A stretch of DNA of 64,000 nucleotides from Octopus sinensis (Eukaryota), in assembly GCF_006345805.1 (NCBI RefSeq), contig NC_043004.1:5890001-5954000 (forward strand). Direction: 5' to 3'. Shown in pieces: positions 22,404 to 36,075 of this stretch. Below the pieces are notes generated by a model that did not search any database, was not told where the DNA came from, and saw nothing but the letters and a program-made list of their open reading frames with translations. Each line of letters begins with the position of its first letter. Position 1 is the first letter of the stretch. A program made the position numbers and the translations under genes.

Positions 22404-22515
<112 letters not shown>

Positions 22516-25500
22516 TGTTTGTGTGTGTGTTTGTGTGTATGTGTTTGTGTGTGCGCATGTGAAATAAATCAATAACAAAAAAGAAAATCAATATATCAAA
22601 AAAGTGCAAGAGACGTTTACAGTTAATTTCAAAGAGAAAAAGGTATAACGTAAAAGTTATAGAATGAAAGTATAACGTTTCGGATATAGTCCTTCGTCGG
22701 AAGTGGATAAAGACAGGAGGAAAAGAGATGAGAAAAGAAGAAAGAGACTGGAAGAAACACGTTCGATCTCGGTCTAACTGGAAATGTAAGAAGTAATCGT
22801 GGTTTTCAATGACAAGAGAATGCCTCTCGATGTGTGTGTGTGGGTGTGTGTGAATATGTGTATGTGTGAGTACGCGCCTATATATAAGGTTACATATGTA
22901 TATAGCGCCTACATACATATTTACACACACACACATAAACACGTTCCTGGCAATTGGTATTCTCAAACATATATACACATATTTACAAATATACACACAT
23001 ACATACAAATATATATATGCACATACACTATCTTTATTTACTTGCCTGCCTATTTGACATCTAGTCTTTCCTTCTGTCTATCTTGCTATTTATCTATCTT
23101 TCTTTCTTCCTGTCTATGTATCCATCCATCCATCCATCCAGCTATTTATCTTTGTTTAATTGGCCATAGTTGAACTGTGTTGAATGTTAACAACAGTCGT
23201 ATAATTTGCTTAACTCATTTGAATCGTGATCGTGTCCAGCATGGTCGTTTAGTCATGGATAAGATGCAGTTTTCGAAACGGCGGGTTTGTAGCAAATCGA
23301 ACTGCTTTATCAAGTAACCAAAATACCAGCAGAAAATGTCAACACCCAAACATCGCCAACCTAGATACGCACACACACAAAGCTATGCAAAAAGTTTTAT
23401 GATGGCCGCCCTGTCCATCGTAAGTGTGAAAGCGTGTATGCCTGCATACGTGTATGTTGTATATCTAATGTGTGTGTGTGTGTACTCCTTCCTCACTCCT
23501 CTCCTTTTCCCGTCGGTTTTTGCACCTAAGCGAATGGAATTTTCACCTTGCAGCCGGTGTGTAAAGAGATCACTGTAAAAGTCAGCTGCTGTTAAGAATA
23601 AGGGGGAGGCTAATGTTACTGTCTGGGGGTGGAGAGTAATCATAATTTTGGCCCGGGCCCAGCAAAGTTTAACTAACACTGTTGGCTGTCTACGCTTTAC
23701 AACGCCCTTTAACGTTATTTCCGCCTTCTGATCCAGAAATTACACCACACCTCACTCATTTTCCCCTCTCTTACCCTCTTAATTTTCCGCTCTCTTAACC
23801 TCTTCCCCATACTAAGTATTTATACCTCCACTTTCTTCCACTGTTCTTTTCCCGCTCTCAGCCCATTCTGACATTAATTTCTTTTCTCTCTGCCCTCTAT
23901 TTTCTCATTTATCTCGTTTCTCTTTCCTCTCTAATTCCGTTCTATTTCTCCCGCTTCTTTTTAGTCTGAATCCTCCTCGCCAGTTCGCTCATTTCTTCTT
24001 TCCTTCTTCGCTTTTCTCATTTTCGCATAATTTTTATATTTCAACATTGTCCCCACTTTACACATCCAGTGTTCAGATTTTTTCCTCCTTTATCAGTTCT
24101 CTCTTTCCTTCTCCTTATTTCCTCTTTTCTTCTTTTTTTTTGTCATCATTCACTTTCTTTTGTACTACTGTCTCTTTAATCCCCATTACTCCTGTCTTCT
24201 AATCACTCTCTATCTTTCTCTTTCTCTCTCAATCATTGTCTTTCCTCTCATTAACATTCATCCACTTTTCATTTTTTCCTTCTCTCCTTCCCTTGATGTT
24301 TTCTCACACCCTTTGAAAATATCTCCAAATCGTCTTGCCTGTATCAACGGTCTCCATTAAGCCACTACCATTTGTTTCCTACTACCACCACCACCATCAT
24401 CACCGCTGCATGCATACGTAGTTGACTGCCACCTTTCTTCTTTCGCTCCTTTCAACTCCGCCCTGTCTTCTAGTTTAACTTCCCTCGTTTTATCTTGTTT
24501 CTCTTATTGTTTTGTTTAAAGCTTAATCTCGTACAATTTTCTTTAACATTCTAACATACAACAATGCTAGACGTATTCGATATTGTTTGACAAATTCTCG
24601 GTCTAAATTTGAATATAAAATTTTTCTTCAAATTTCATTTTCCTTCTCGAAATAGTGAAGATCATTACGAACAACAGTTCGCAGCATTTCATTCAAAATA
24701 CTATCATAATGATAACAATGACAACCCCCTGCACATCTACACCTACAAAATTGCCACCGCCACCACCACTCGATACATACTATTGCTAACACTACTAACA
24801 AATAAACATTAGAGCTAGCTATGCACAATGGATACTATGTATATCCAACGTTCGGTACTATTTTCTCCTCTCTAACACAGCTACTATCAAAAATAATTCC
24901 ACCACCATTACCACCACCGTTGATACCACCGCCACCATTGGGAGCATTAACTTTCATTAGCTAAAGTGGGAGGCCTCTTGGTGATCGGTCGATCTGCTAG
25001 AAGTAGCAACCAATCCCTCGAACCACACACTATTTCTTTAAAAGGCAATAGAACATGATAATGTCAAAAAATAAAGGCGGGAAAGGCATGGTCGGAACCC
25101 CTTTGATCATAGGCTTGCTTGATTAGATCTATGAACAATTACTTTCACAGCTTCATCACCTATACTCCCCACTACCATCGTTAAGTACAATCACTGCCAA
25201 ACCTCCACCATCACCAGCATTATCATCATCATCAATCATTAGCACCACCATTATCCATTAGTATAGTGACAACATGAACCACAATGTCATAACCATTCAC
25301 TATATTACCTGCGATAGATATGAGACTGGGAATTTTTTAAAGGGATTTATTCTGGCATTCATTATTTCAACACAATGAGACATTAGCAGTAAATTTGCAA
25401 TTCTCACAAACATCAAATCAAATGTTGGCCTCGCCAAATAATGTCCTGGAAGAAAGGCGTGAAGCTCACAGCTTCAATTTTACTTCCTCTAGCTTTAGTT

Positions 25501-25587
25501 GAGGCTTTGAGTGCTTCTGTGGGAATGCAATAATAAAGAATCGCTAATGAAATCATGAAATCACAACCTCTAATCAAATAGATAGCT

Positions 25588-25812
<225 letters not shown>

Positions 25813-27117
25813 TATGCTTGTATTTGTGTATTAATATGTATGTGTACGTGTGTTTGTGCATGTCTATGTCTATGTGTATATGTATATGTTCTAGATCTAC
25901 GTAAGCATGCAGTTCGTATTTGTTTAATATGAGGAGACTTCGACCTACATAATAGTACATTATTTAGTCTTTATCGCTAAGGTTAGCAGCGATCTCTGGT
26001 TCCTGCAATTGTCTAAGCATACGTAGTTAGTTGCAGGCTTCGCTGAGAAATGTCTGAATGATGCCGTCAGACAATGGCCTGAACCAACATTCATAAGCTA
26101 AATAGCTCACTCGAAGACGTGTGTCTCTCCCATAATGGTTATAATGACGGACATCCTCTTGCAATCAGCAGCAGAAGCGAAGCTTTAAATTCTTCTACTT
26201 TTCATCACCGCCTCTTTCCGTTTTCGCCTGCATCACCACCATCTATTTTCTTTTGCTTTTCCTGTTTTCTTCGTTTTCTTTCTCTTCTCCTTGCTTTTTT
26301 CCCTTCAAAACGTTTCTCTGCCTTTTCCTAGCTCCTCTATTTTCCTTCTCGCTTTTTCGGTGGTGTCCTAATAATCTTCTTTTATCTGTTTGCTTTCGGT
26401 TTTTCTTTTTCTTTGTCTTCTTCCTCCTTTCTTTTCACGCTAACTCTTTTTCTTTCGTGTTCACTCCTTTCCTCTTTCGACAAAACCAGCTTTCTTTGAC
26501 ACTGTCTCCTTCATATGAAAAGAAGTTCCTGTCTCTGTCACTTTGCTATGACAATGGCAAAGAGAGTCATCTAATTCTCATCGACCAAGTCCATTAAAAC
26601 GGCCGATGTGACAGTGTACTAGACAATCAGGCGGAAAGCCAGACTTTCGTATCTGAATCCACGACACAAATCTCAACGGTCTAATTGACTTGGCTCAAAG
26701 TTGTTTAATCTCAGGTCAGACAATGAAAGGCAATCAAGCCATAGCTATCTTCTTGTTTTCCTTAAGCAAATTGTAACTATGACTCTATCATTCAATGTAA
26801 CATCCTTTTTTTGAAAGATAGTATCTTTTATCTTTTACTTGTTTAAGTCATTGGACTGTAGCCATGCTGGGACACCTCTTTGACGGGTTTCAGATTCTAC
26901 AACTTATTTAAAATCTGGTACTTATTCTATCGTTCTCTTTTGCCAAAACCGGGAGCGGGAAGAGAATTTGCGCGCGCTCACAGACACAGACACACACAGA
27001 GACACACACACACTCACACTCACACACATGAAACTGACATCGTGGGTCGAGGAACACTGTCATCCCACTTGTCTTCTTGAGGCCAATCTTTGGTAATACT
27101 GGTAAGCTCTCCGCCTT

Positions 27118-27240
27118 AATAATAATAATAATAATAATAATGAGGAGGAGGAGGAGGAGGAGGAGGAGGAGAAGAAGAAGAAGTAGAAGAAGAAGAAGAA
27201 GAAGAAAAGAAGAAGAAGAAGAAGAAGAAGAAGAAGAAGA
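27118..27240. repeat. (AAT)n-(GAG)n-(AAG)n trinucleotide series
   Basis: Directly visible. Confidence 0.95.
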
Positions 27241-28197
27241 ATGATTTTTGATAACATTTATTGCAAATATACAATATGAGAAATTTCTTTTATTAAATTC
27301 TTTTATTAAATAAATATTTCTATTTTTGAAAATTAGTATTCATTTCACTGAGAAAGTGATGAAATTTGTCTCTCATCTATTTAACCCCACATAATTCTAC
27401 ACCCTTAGCCAGAAGTCGGATTTGACAGGTTCGGATGAACCTCTCCGTCGCTCTATGCAAATAAAAGAGACCTATAGGATAAGTACTAGGCTTACAAAGA
27501 ATAAGTCCTGGGGTCGATTTCTTCGACTAAAGGTGGTGCTCCAGAATGACACTGTGGTTCATGAGTTACATATGAGTTCTATAATAATTCCAAAAGAGAA
27601 CAGTTTTATTAATAATAAAGGTCTTTGGCTTGTGGCATGTTTCTCTTCTTCCGTACCATACTGTACATGGGTCCGTTCCCTCGGCGGTTCCTGTAGTATA
27701 CAAGTTTTCCTGCGAAAAATTATTGCTAGCTCAACTCTTCTTCGTCTTTGGATAATAGGATATTGTGAATGGCTCTAACATAAACCTTCCCACTGTACAA
27801 GAATGAGCTGATTTACATACATATTTAATAGTTGTATGTAAATGGTAAGAGGTTAGCGTGACGCTGCATATAGCAGTCGGAGATGTATTGAAATTAATTA
27901 TCGAAAAAGAAAATGGTTTATACTTATCATAAATTTTATTCTACTCTTATGAAGTTTTTCACAACAACAATGCGCTGGAAGTAAATACAAGTGTTAGTTG
28001 GTTACTGGTACATTATTGGTACCAGTAACCGACTATCGATGTTGGAAGTAGGAAAGATAAAGCTGACCTCGGTGAAATTTGATCTCAGATCTTAGAGAGC
28101 TGGAACGTAGTCTTCTAAATCTATTAAATCGTGAAGTCGAGAGGATCTTTATTTCCCATATTCTAGAGTTGGTGATAAATAAATAACTTAATAACTT

Positions 28198-28251
28198 AAG
28201 TATAAAATAGTGTGACTTATACTTGAGTATAAGTCACACTATTTTATACTT
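28198..28251. repeat. Perfect 26-bp-arm palindrome with a 2-nt spacer
   Basis: AAGTATAAAATAGTGTGACTTATACT-TG-AGTATAAGTCACACTATTTTATACTT. Confidence 0.97.
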
Positions 28252-29513
28252 GATTTTAACTGAAAAAAAGAACTGGGGTGCGATTTATACACAGGGCAAA
28301 TCGTTCAGATGAACGGTTTGTTTTCGGAACCGTTCTGTATCAAGCGCTCGATTCGTCAAGGATGTCAACTCTCCTCCCTTCTATATGTGCTGGCTCTCGA
28401 GCCCTTAGTACGGAACTGCGAGATCTGGGTTGTGAAAGATCAGTGAGGGCGTACATGGATGACATCACCGTCATTGTAGTTGAACTTAAACACCTACAGT
28501 GGGTAGGTAAAGCCGTTAAAGAATATGAGGCGGTAGCAGGAGCAATTATTAACCGGGAAAAGTCGGTCGGCTTGCAGCTTGGCACCTGGAGAGGCAAGTC
28601 GATGCCGTCCAATAGCGACGTCGGATGTTGGACGGACGATTCGGTGAAAATGGTTGGGGTCTAGTTTGGTCCAGACCTCCAGTTAGAGAAAAATTGGAGC
28701 GAGGTCACAAGTAGGTTGGTCCATCTAACCCAGATCTGGTCTGGGCGATGGTTAACCCTGAAAGGGAGGGCGGAGGTCGCAAATGTATTTATCGCATCTG
28801 TGATCACCTACCGCCTAACCTTCGTGCCTTGCCTCGATTCGTGGCTAAGCAAGTTGGAACGATTGCTCTTCTTCTTTTTGTGGAAGGGCAAAGGACCTCT
28901 TGTAAGGCGCTCTATCTGTTGCCAACAACCATTAAAGGGTGGGCTAGGGATGCATTGGCTGATGATGCTCAAGCACGCGCTGAGGCTAAGACATCTTTGG
29001 CTTTACCTGGCTGGTGAATGGGTGTGGTCTCCGTTCGTCAAACTGATGCTTCCTAGGTTCACTAATTTTAGTGAACTAGAACCATGGAAAAAAAAAAGAA
29101 CAAAGTTGGGTGCTTGGCAGGCACGGGTAATGCTTGTAGCGTGGGTTCCACCTCGTCATTCTACAGAGGGTTGGTAGAGGCCAAGTGTGATGACGCCCTG
29201 GCAGACATCCTGGACTTCGAAGATGGTCCACTGGCCAGCCTGTTCCCAAGCGCATTTGGGCCGGAGCCCTTGGACAACTTCCAGAGGTCCATAGCCTGGC
29301 AATGTTACCGAGGAGTCTTGCCAGTTCATGACAAACTCGCAAGGCATCCAAGATGTGGGTGGGGCAGCGAAACTGTTCCGCACACATTTGTGCAGTGCTG
29401 TGGCTAGAAAAAATACTTATACACAGGGCAAAACTAAAATATGAAAAGAGAAAAAAATTATACCAAGATTTAACACTAAATTAGGGATGCGACTTATACA
29501 CAAGTAAATATGG
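28226..29513. mobile_element. Tc1/pogo-type MITE interrupted by a Tx1 fragment
   Basis: AGTATAAGTCAC at the left, GCGACTTATACACAAGTAAATATGG at the right, and an internal GGGGTGCGATTTATACAC subterminal motif. Confidence 0.65.
28301..29416 (+). pseudogene. L1/Tx1-clade LINE fragment (RT C-half plus zinc knuckle)
   Basis: SIRQGCQLSSLLYVLALEPL, AYMDDIT, GAIINREKS, LTLKGRA, GGLGM, PRCGWGSETVPHTFVQC. Flanked by TTATACACAGGGCAAA at 28285-28300 and 29417-29432. Confidence 0.92.
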
Positions 29514-29730
29514 AAAATAAATAGCATATTGGGGACAAAATAGAGTAAAATATGGAAAATATGACTGATACTAATTCCAACTTCGTCAGTATTTCTCTCC
29601 TAGAATAGGAGTTGAGTATTGTGAGAATTGTACAAAGAAGGAGGAGGAATTGCCAGTTTAATAAAATTAACAGTTTTTAACTTTTTAAAGTTTTCCAGCG
29701 TTGTGGCAAAGAAAGAGGAATTATATAAAT

Positions 29731-30252
29731 CAGGGATGGGCAAACACCCACCTTCGGGCGCACTTGTGCCCGCGAGCCCGTTTTATTGTGCCCGCATATT
29801 GATATACTCATATGTACAAAATATAGCAAATTTTTCAGTTATAAAAATTTATACAACATTCGTATGCCAATTTGCGATATAGGTCGCGTTTCCACTACGA
29901 CTTAAGATAGTTAGAAATGGTCCGGTAATTGCCATTTGAACAGGAATTTTGTTTTCACTATAAAACACATATTGCTAGGTTTGTACCATCTCCTTAAGAC
30001 CCAACTACACTCTAGCTGAAAGATATAGAATACCGCATAAGTAATACAAACGTCCTAAATTCAGTGACGGCGTTAATGAAGATGTTACGCGTTAATTTAA
30101 TGTGTTTAACTTATCTTTATTAATGTGTATCGAATTAAGCATAGATACATACAAGATTTACACAGATATAAGAGTTAGAACCTGTGGTCTGCCCGCGGAC
30201 CTTTTGCTTAGGAAATTTTTGCCTGCCATACTAAAAAGTTTTCTCACCCTTG
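29731..30252. mobile_element. 522-bp hAT MITE
   Basis: Termini CAGGGATGGGCAAAC / GTTTTCTCACCCTTG, GCCCGC subterminal motifs, and a perfect 8-bp TSD ATATAAAT (29723-29730, 30253-30260). Confidence 0.88.
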
Positions 30253-30297
30253 ATATAAATGTTAACTCTATTTTGTCTTTTCACTAATAAAGAGAGA

Positions 30298-30690
30298 AAA
30301 GGTGGCGAGCTGGCAGAACCGTTAGCACGTCGGGAAAATACTCAATGTCATTTTTTTCTGGCTTTACGTTCTAAGTTCAAATGCCACCGAGGTCAACTTT
30401 GTCTTTCATTTCTTCGGGGTCGATAAAATAAGTACCCCTTGAGCACTGAGATCGATGCAATCGACTTACCCCTCCTCCAAAATTGCTACCCCTGTGCCAA
30501 AACTTGAAACCATTAATAAATAGAGAGAAGTAGCGTAAGCTGGCAGAACCGTTAGCACGTCGGGAAAATGGTCAACGGCATTTCTTCGGCTTTACGTCTT
30601 GAGTTCAAATGCCGCCGGGGTCAACGTTACCTTTGTCTCTTCGGCGTCGATAAAATAAGATACCAGTCAAGTACAGGAGTCGATGTTACT
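30298..30690 (+). mobile_element. SINE family B, tandem pair
   Basis: Both copies begin GCTGGCAGAACCGTTAGCACGTCGGGAAAAT; spacing about 235 bp. Confidence 0.88.
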
Positions 30691-31194
30691 CACGTCCTTT
30701 ATGAGTCTTAAGGCTCAAAGGAAAAAGTAATGACATCACTATGACAACAATGAGAAATTGATTGAGTCAAAATGTCGAGTTCAATTCCTACTAACGATAT
30801 ACAAATGATCTACTGAAGGAGTGGTATAACTTGTCTCTCTTCTACTTGATGCACCAGAACTCCTCCCCTTTAACCAATTCGGGGTGGGGCTTTGAGAGGT
30901 TCAGAAGCATCGACCTACAGCTCCAAGCAAATATAATTATCTAACATATATTTTACTCGTATTTTTTGTTTTTGTTTTCTTTTTGTAACTTGGGAGTTAA
31001 AACTGGGAAAACGAGTTTCCTGTCGGCTTTTCAAATACATTGAATTAATGGGAAAAAATTTATTGAAATAAAAAGGCTCCATGCTAAGGAAAAAGACAGT
31101 AGTTACTGCTCTTTACCATCGTACAACCTGTTGGAAATAACAGCCAAATCTCCCTTATACCACGCCGTAATGTTTGTCAATATAAGAACCACAA

Positions 31195-31878
31195 GTTCTA
31201 AGTTCAAATTCCACAGAAGCCGAATTTGCCTGTTATCCTTTCGGGGTTCATAAAATAAGTATCAGTTGAACAATGGGGTCATGTAATCGACTTATCCCTT
31301 CCTCACTAACTTGTTGGCCTTGTACCAAAATTTGAAACCACTGGTAAGGTGGTGACTCCAGTACTGGTACCTTATTTTACGGCGCCGGGCAAAATACTCA
31401 GTGGCATTTTGTCCGTCTTTACGTTCTGAATTCAAATTCTGCAGAGGTCGAGTTTGTCTTTCAACCGTTTGGCACAAGGTTAGCAATTTCGGGTGTGTGA
31501 GTAAGTCGACTACATTGACACTAGTACTAATTGGTATTTACTTTATGGACCCCGGAAGGATGAAAAGCAAAGTCAACCTGGGCGGAATTTGAACTTAGAA
31601 CATAAATACGGACGAAATGCCGTTAAGCATTTTGCTCGGCACGTTAACGATTCTGCCAGCTCGCCGCCTTACGTGTTATTGATTTCAAATTTTGGCACAA
31701 AGCCAGCAATTTCGGAGGAGGGGACTAGTCGATTACATCGATCCAAGCCTTCAACTGGTACTTATTTTATGGATCCTGAAAGAATGAGACCACGGCAGAA
31801 CTCAGAAAGTAAAGACGGAAGAAATACCGCTAAGCATTTTGCCTGGCGAACTAACGATTCTGGCAGCTCGCCGCCTTG
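31195..31878. mobile_element. Cluster of four SINE family B copies (two plus, two minus)
   Basis: Repeated GTTCAAATTCC / GAATTTGAAC B boxes and GCCAGCTCGCCGCCTT heads. Confidence 0.85.
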
Positions 31879-32864
31879 CGTGTTAATAAAAACTAGACTG
31901 TGAGAGTGGTATATGAGCCACTCATTCAACGCAGTGTAGTTCACAGGACACGAACCACCAACACTGTGACTCGTCGTCCCATACCGCATCGACTGCTTAT
32001 TAGCATTATCACTGAACTGCAAAGAATGAGGTTAAATTCAGTATTGTTAAATGTCATTGTTTAGTATCAGAGTAACCCCGGCCAAGCAGATCTCTGATCA
32101 AAAACATTCTGGCTATAAACATACCGATCATTTTTCGTTCATTGTGTTAAATCTAAGACCACATTGTCCATTATATCTTCCCCTTTTGTTCTCAACACTG
32201 TTAAAGTGCGCTACGGGGTCGATAGTTTTAGTAAATTGAGCGACCATGTAAAGCAATGGTTCCCAAACTCTTCACTTCTAAAGACCATTTCTTATTTAAA
32301 TTAAGTATTATTTTTTCTTTTTCTCACGGATACTAAGCTTTTGAAAGTTATGTCTACTGAATAAGTCGATTTTACAAACAACTAACTCGTTTTCTCAGTT
32401 TCATTTCTTAGTTGAGAAAAATCTTTTTTTTTTTTTATCGTTTACTTATTTTTAATCTGGACTGCGGCCATGCTGAAGCACCTTTGACAAATGTCTTCTT
32501 CAATAGCTCCCAAGCTGATCAATGCCTTATTGAGTGAATTTGGTAGACGGAAGTTGCGAAGAAGCCCGCCATATATAAAGGATAGTTTTCCTTACATATT
32601 TTTAGCATTCCTGTGCTTCAGCGGAAATTACGATTCTGAACATAGTTCCTCCGCAATAAATAAATAAATAAATAAATAGATAAATAAATAAATAAAACAT
32701 TCAACTTTTTTACATTCTTGCATCCAACTCCCGAACGCATTTCCTATCTTGGCATATTTATTTTATAAGCCAATACGATAAGTCCCGTAAAAACAGAAAA
32801 TTTTAATGAAGTACATTAACAAATAGAAATCAGCGGAGTTTTGGAAAAGGATAGTTTTCCTACA

Positions 32865-32940
<76 letters not shown>

Positions 32941-33335
32941 ATATGTATATATATATATTTTTTTTTCTTGAGTTCCATTTAATAAAAATTAGGATTGTGA
33001 AAAAAATGTTTTTTGAAATGTTTCCGTTTCTTATATTTTTGCTTTCATTTCTGCAGTTGCCATTATATCCTTAATTCTTGTGTCCATCTGCTTCTACAAC
33101 CCTCTCTCTCTTCTGTTCTCCCTCCTAAATTCTTTTGTTCTTCTGCTTCTATTTTTCTCTCTCTTCTCTTCCCACGTGACCGATAGGCCAGACTGCTCGC
33201 TCTTTTTGGGTCTGACCGTGGTCTGTGCAACATCGATATTCTTCCCTGTGTTTGTGAAACTTTTGTATCTCTGCCGTAAGGCTTCATTTCTACACACGCC
33301 AGCTTAATTCAATTCGTCCCCAGTCGAAAGACACC

Positions 33336-33624
33336 GGATCTTTTCACTTTGAACGGCAGATTTTTAAAATAATTTCTTTGTAACTAAACACTTTTAAACT
33401 TCGTATACTGGTAGTGTGTTACATAAAACATCTTTTTCTCTTGGTTTTCTTGAGAAAATTCTGTAGTTTGTAAGCTATTTGTTGTTTAATTTCTTGCATT
33501 TCGGCAATTTCAACCAATCAACGACGTCTATTGAGGTGAATACAATATCTGCCCTATTTTGTCAGCAACATTTTGTGGCGGTGTCATATGAATTTGTCAC
33601 TGTTTTTATGAGAAAAAAGATACC
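33336..33624. mobile_element. Truncated GGATCT-terminus (Merlin-like) MITE
   Basis: Starts GGATCTTTTCACTTTGAACGGCAGATTTTT. Its interior is the reverse complement of 44823-45259 and shares AACTAAACACTTT.AAACTTCGTATACT with 8579-8923. Confidence 0.85.
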
Positions 33625-33639
33625 CTGTGGCCATAAACA

Positions 33640-34150
33640 GAGGGGTCACTCGTAAACAGACACTGGAAAACTATCCCAGGTTGAATCAAATCCTTAAAAT
33701 GCGAACCATCATAAAAAGTAAAACAAACCAAATCAATGAAAGAATAATAACAAAAGCCAAATTTTACAAATTAACAACAGGACCAACAATAACAAAATGT
33801 GGAAGACCCAATTGTAGTACATGTTAAATTTGTCAGAAGGATCGGAGATCCGTTTCAAACAAGATCTATTTTCACAATGAAAAATAACTTCAACTGTGAT
33901 CTGAAAATATAATCTATGTAATTACACGCTCAAAATTGTAGAGAGAACTATAGAAACCGAAATGTCCTTAAGACAACGCATAGCCGTGTATATACCACAA
34001 ATTAAAATACCAGAATACAGACAAATAAGAAGGCATGGCCTGTTGCAAAATCTAGAAAGGGATCGAGTCTGCCAGGTCTAAATTGCCTAACATGCGCTAT
34101 ATGTCACGACGGCGCCCCAAAGATTCCATGTTCAATAAAAAGCAAATCAA
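33640..34150 (+). pseudogene. Penelope-like element GIY-YIG endonuclease remnant
   Basis: ITKCGRPNCSTC, then FTMKNNFNCD, IIYVIT, LRQRIAVY..QIK: the CxxxxCxxC...(V/I)IYxI...LRxR pattern of PLE endonucleases. Contains stops and frameshifts. Confidence 0.8.
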
Positions 34151-34449
34151 AGAAAATAACTCAGTAAAATGCTGTGTTGTTTTATAAAAATTAGTTTGAG
34201 GATTCTGAGTTCATATCTTCATAAGGGTGAGGCTTTGTCGCTATTTAATTTTGTGTTAATCTGTCCAAGACTGATTCAAGTTGTAACATTTACTGGTAGA
34301 TCGAATCGAAAAATTTCCTCGGCTTTGAACATGCAAATACAGGCACAATTAAAATAATTTTGACACTAATATAGAATTTCTACGTATATATATATAAGTA
34401 TGCATGTGTGCATAATGGATGTGCGTGAGAGTGTGTATATTTATACACG

Positions 34450-34612
34450 TGCGTGGCTGTGCGGTAAGAAATTTGCTTCCCAATCACGTGGTTCCAGTTC
34501 CACTGCATGATGCCTTGGACAAGTATCTAAGTGGCTTCTTCTATAGCCTCGGGCCAACCGAAGCCTTGTGAATGGATTTGGTAGACGGAAACCGAAAGAA
34601 ACCCGTCGTATA
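34450..34612 (+). mobile_element. SINE family A, 5' half
   Basis: GCGTGGCTGTGCGGTAAG...GGATTTGGTAGACGGAAACCGAAAGAAACCCGTCG. Confidence 0.85.
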
Positions 34613-35244
34613 CAGACACACATACATACACACACACACGCACAGACACGCACATACACACACATACACGCACACATATAAATGCGAGTGTTTATGGTTA
34701 TGTATCTGTATTTGGCCCAAAAAGGCTCTGAAACAATGCATCCTCGAGAAAAACGAGTCTTTAAAAGAGATTACGACAGCGTTTCTGGAAATTAATAGTT
34801 ATCGCCATACTAATATGGCATTCTTAAAAATAAGAATAAAGCTATCGCTGATTAGCTCCATGAAGCCATCGCCTCAAGCTAGCTACTTGACACACAAACT
34901 GCGCCCGTTATTAAACCTTCGAACAGGAGAGGTCAGCCGCTTCAACCTGCTAGTCCGACAGCTACAGACATGTTTCAGGGTTGTTGCCCCTTCTCAATGC
35001 AGCGTAGTCAGACCTGCAGGTGTCGCTACTGACCGTCTCCGTTCGAAGATTCTATTTACCTAGTTACGGTGGAATACATCCACTTGTTTTCAATAATAGA
35101 AATATTAAAATTACTAAGTCTCTGAGATATATATATATATATGAGTACATTTCACTGTTTCAAAGCTATGTTTAAGATAGCGTGTTAGTGCAAGCATGAA
35201 TTAACCGAAGCGAAATACCATATACTTAAATATGCACCAGAGGG

Positions 35245-35276
<32 letters not shown>

Positions 35277-35297
35277 TGTGTAAGTGTGTAAGTGTGT

Positions 35298-35339
<42 letters not shown>

Positions 35340-35778
35340 CTGTGTGGACGAATAAATGGATAAATAAATGTGAAAACAGAAAAAAATTCAAACATTTTAT
35401 TATCTTTTCGCAAAAAATAATCACATCCTGCATCTCTGGTTGTCATTCCAAGTATTTTCAGGAAAGCGAAATTATTGAATTGTTTTCCGTATATCTGAAA
35501 AAAATATATATCTAAATTTCCGTTCAACGTAAGTTGATCTATTCAGAAATCTGAGATATAATTTCCCACCATTAGATATTTCAGTTATAGTAAATGGAAT
35601 GTATTTGAAAAGATATTAATTTCATATACAGATGCATATCCATACACATACATACATAAACATATTTCATACATTTGTTCATACACGCATACACACGCAT
35701 ATATACGCATCCACAAATAAAAACGCAATGCACACGCACATACATACACACACATACGCATACAAACAAATTAGTTTA

Positions 35779-35943
35779 AGCGTAGGAGTGGCTGTGTGGT
35801 AAGTAGCCTGCTTACCAACCACATGGTGCCGGGTTCAGTCCCACTACGTGGCACCTTGGGCAAGTGTCTTCTACTATAACCTCGGGCCGACTAAAGCCTT
35901 GTGAATGGATTTGGTAGACAGAAACTGAAAGAAGCCCGTCGTA

Positions 35944-36017
<74 letters not shown>

Positions 36018-36038
36018 TGTGTATGTGTATGTGTGTGT

Positions 36039-36075
<37 letters not shown>

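Noticed and set aside
35779-35860. tRNA-like A/B boxes at the heads of SINE families A, B and C
   Set aside because: They continue into SINE bodies and tails and do not form a cloverleaf; these are SINE heads, not tRNA genes.
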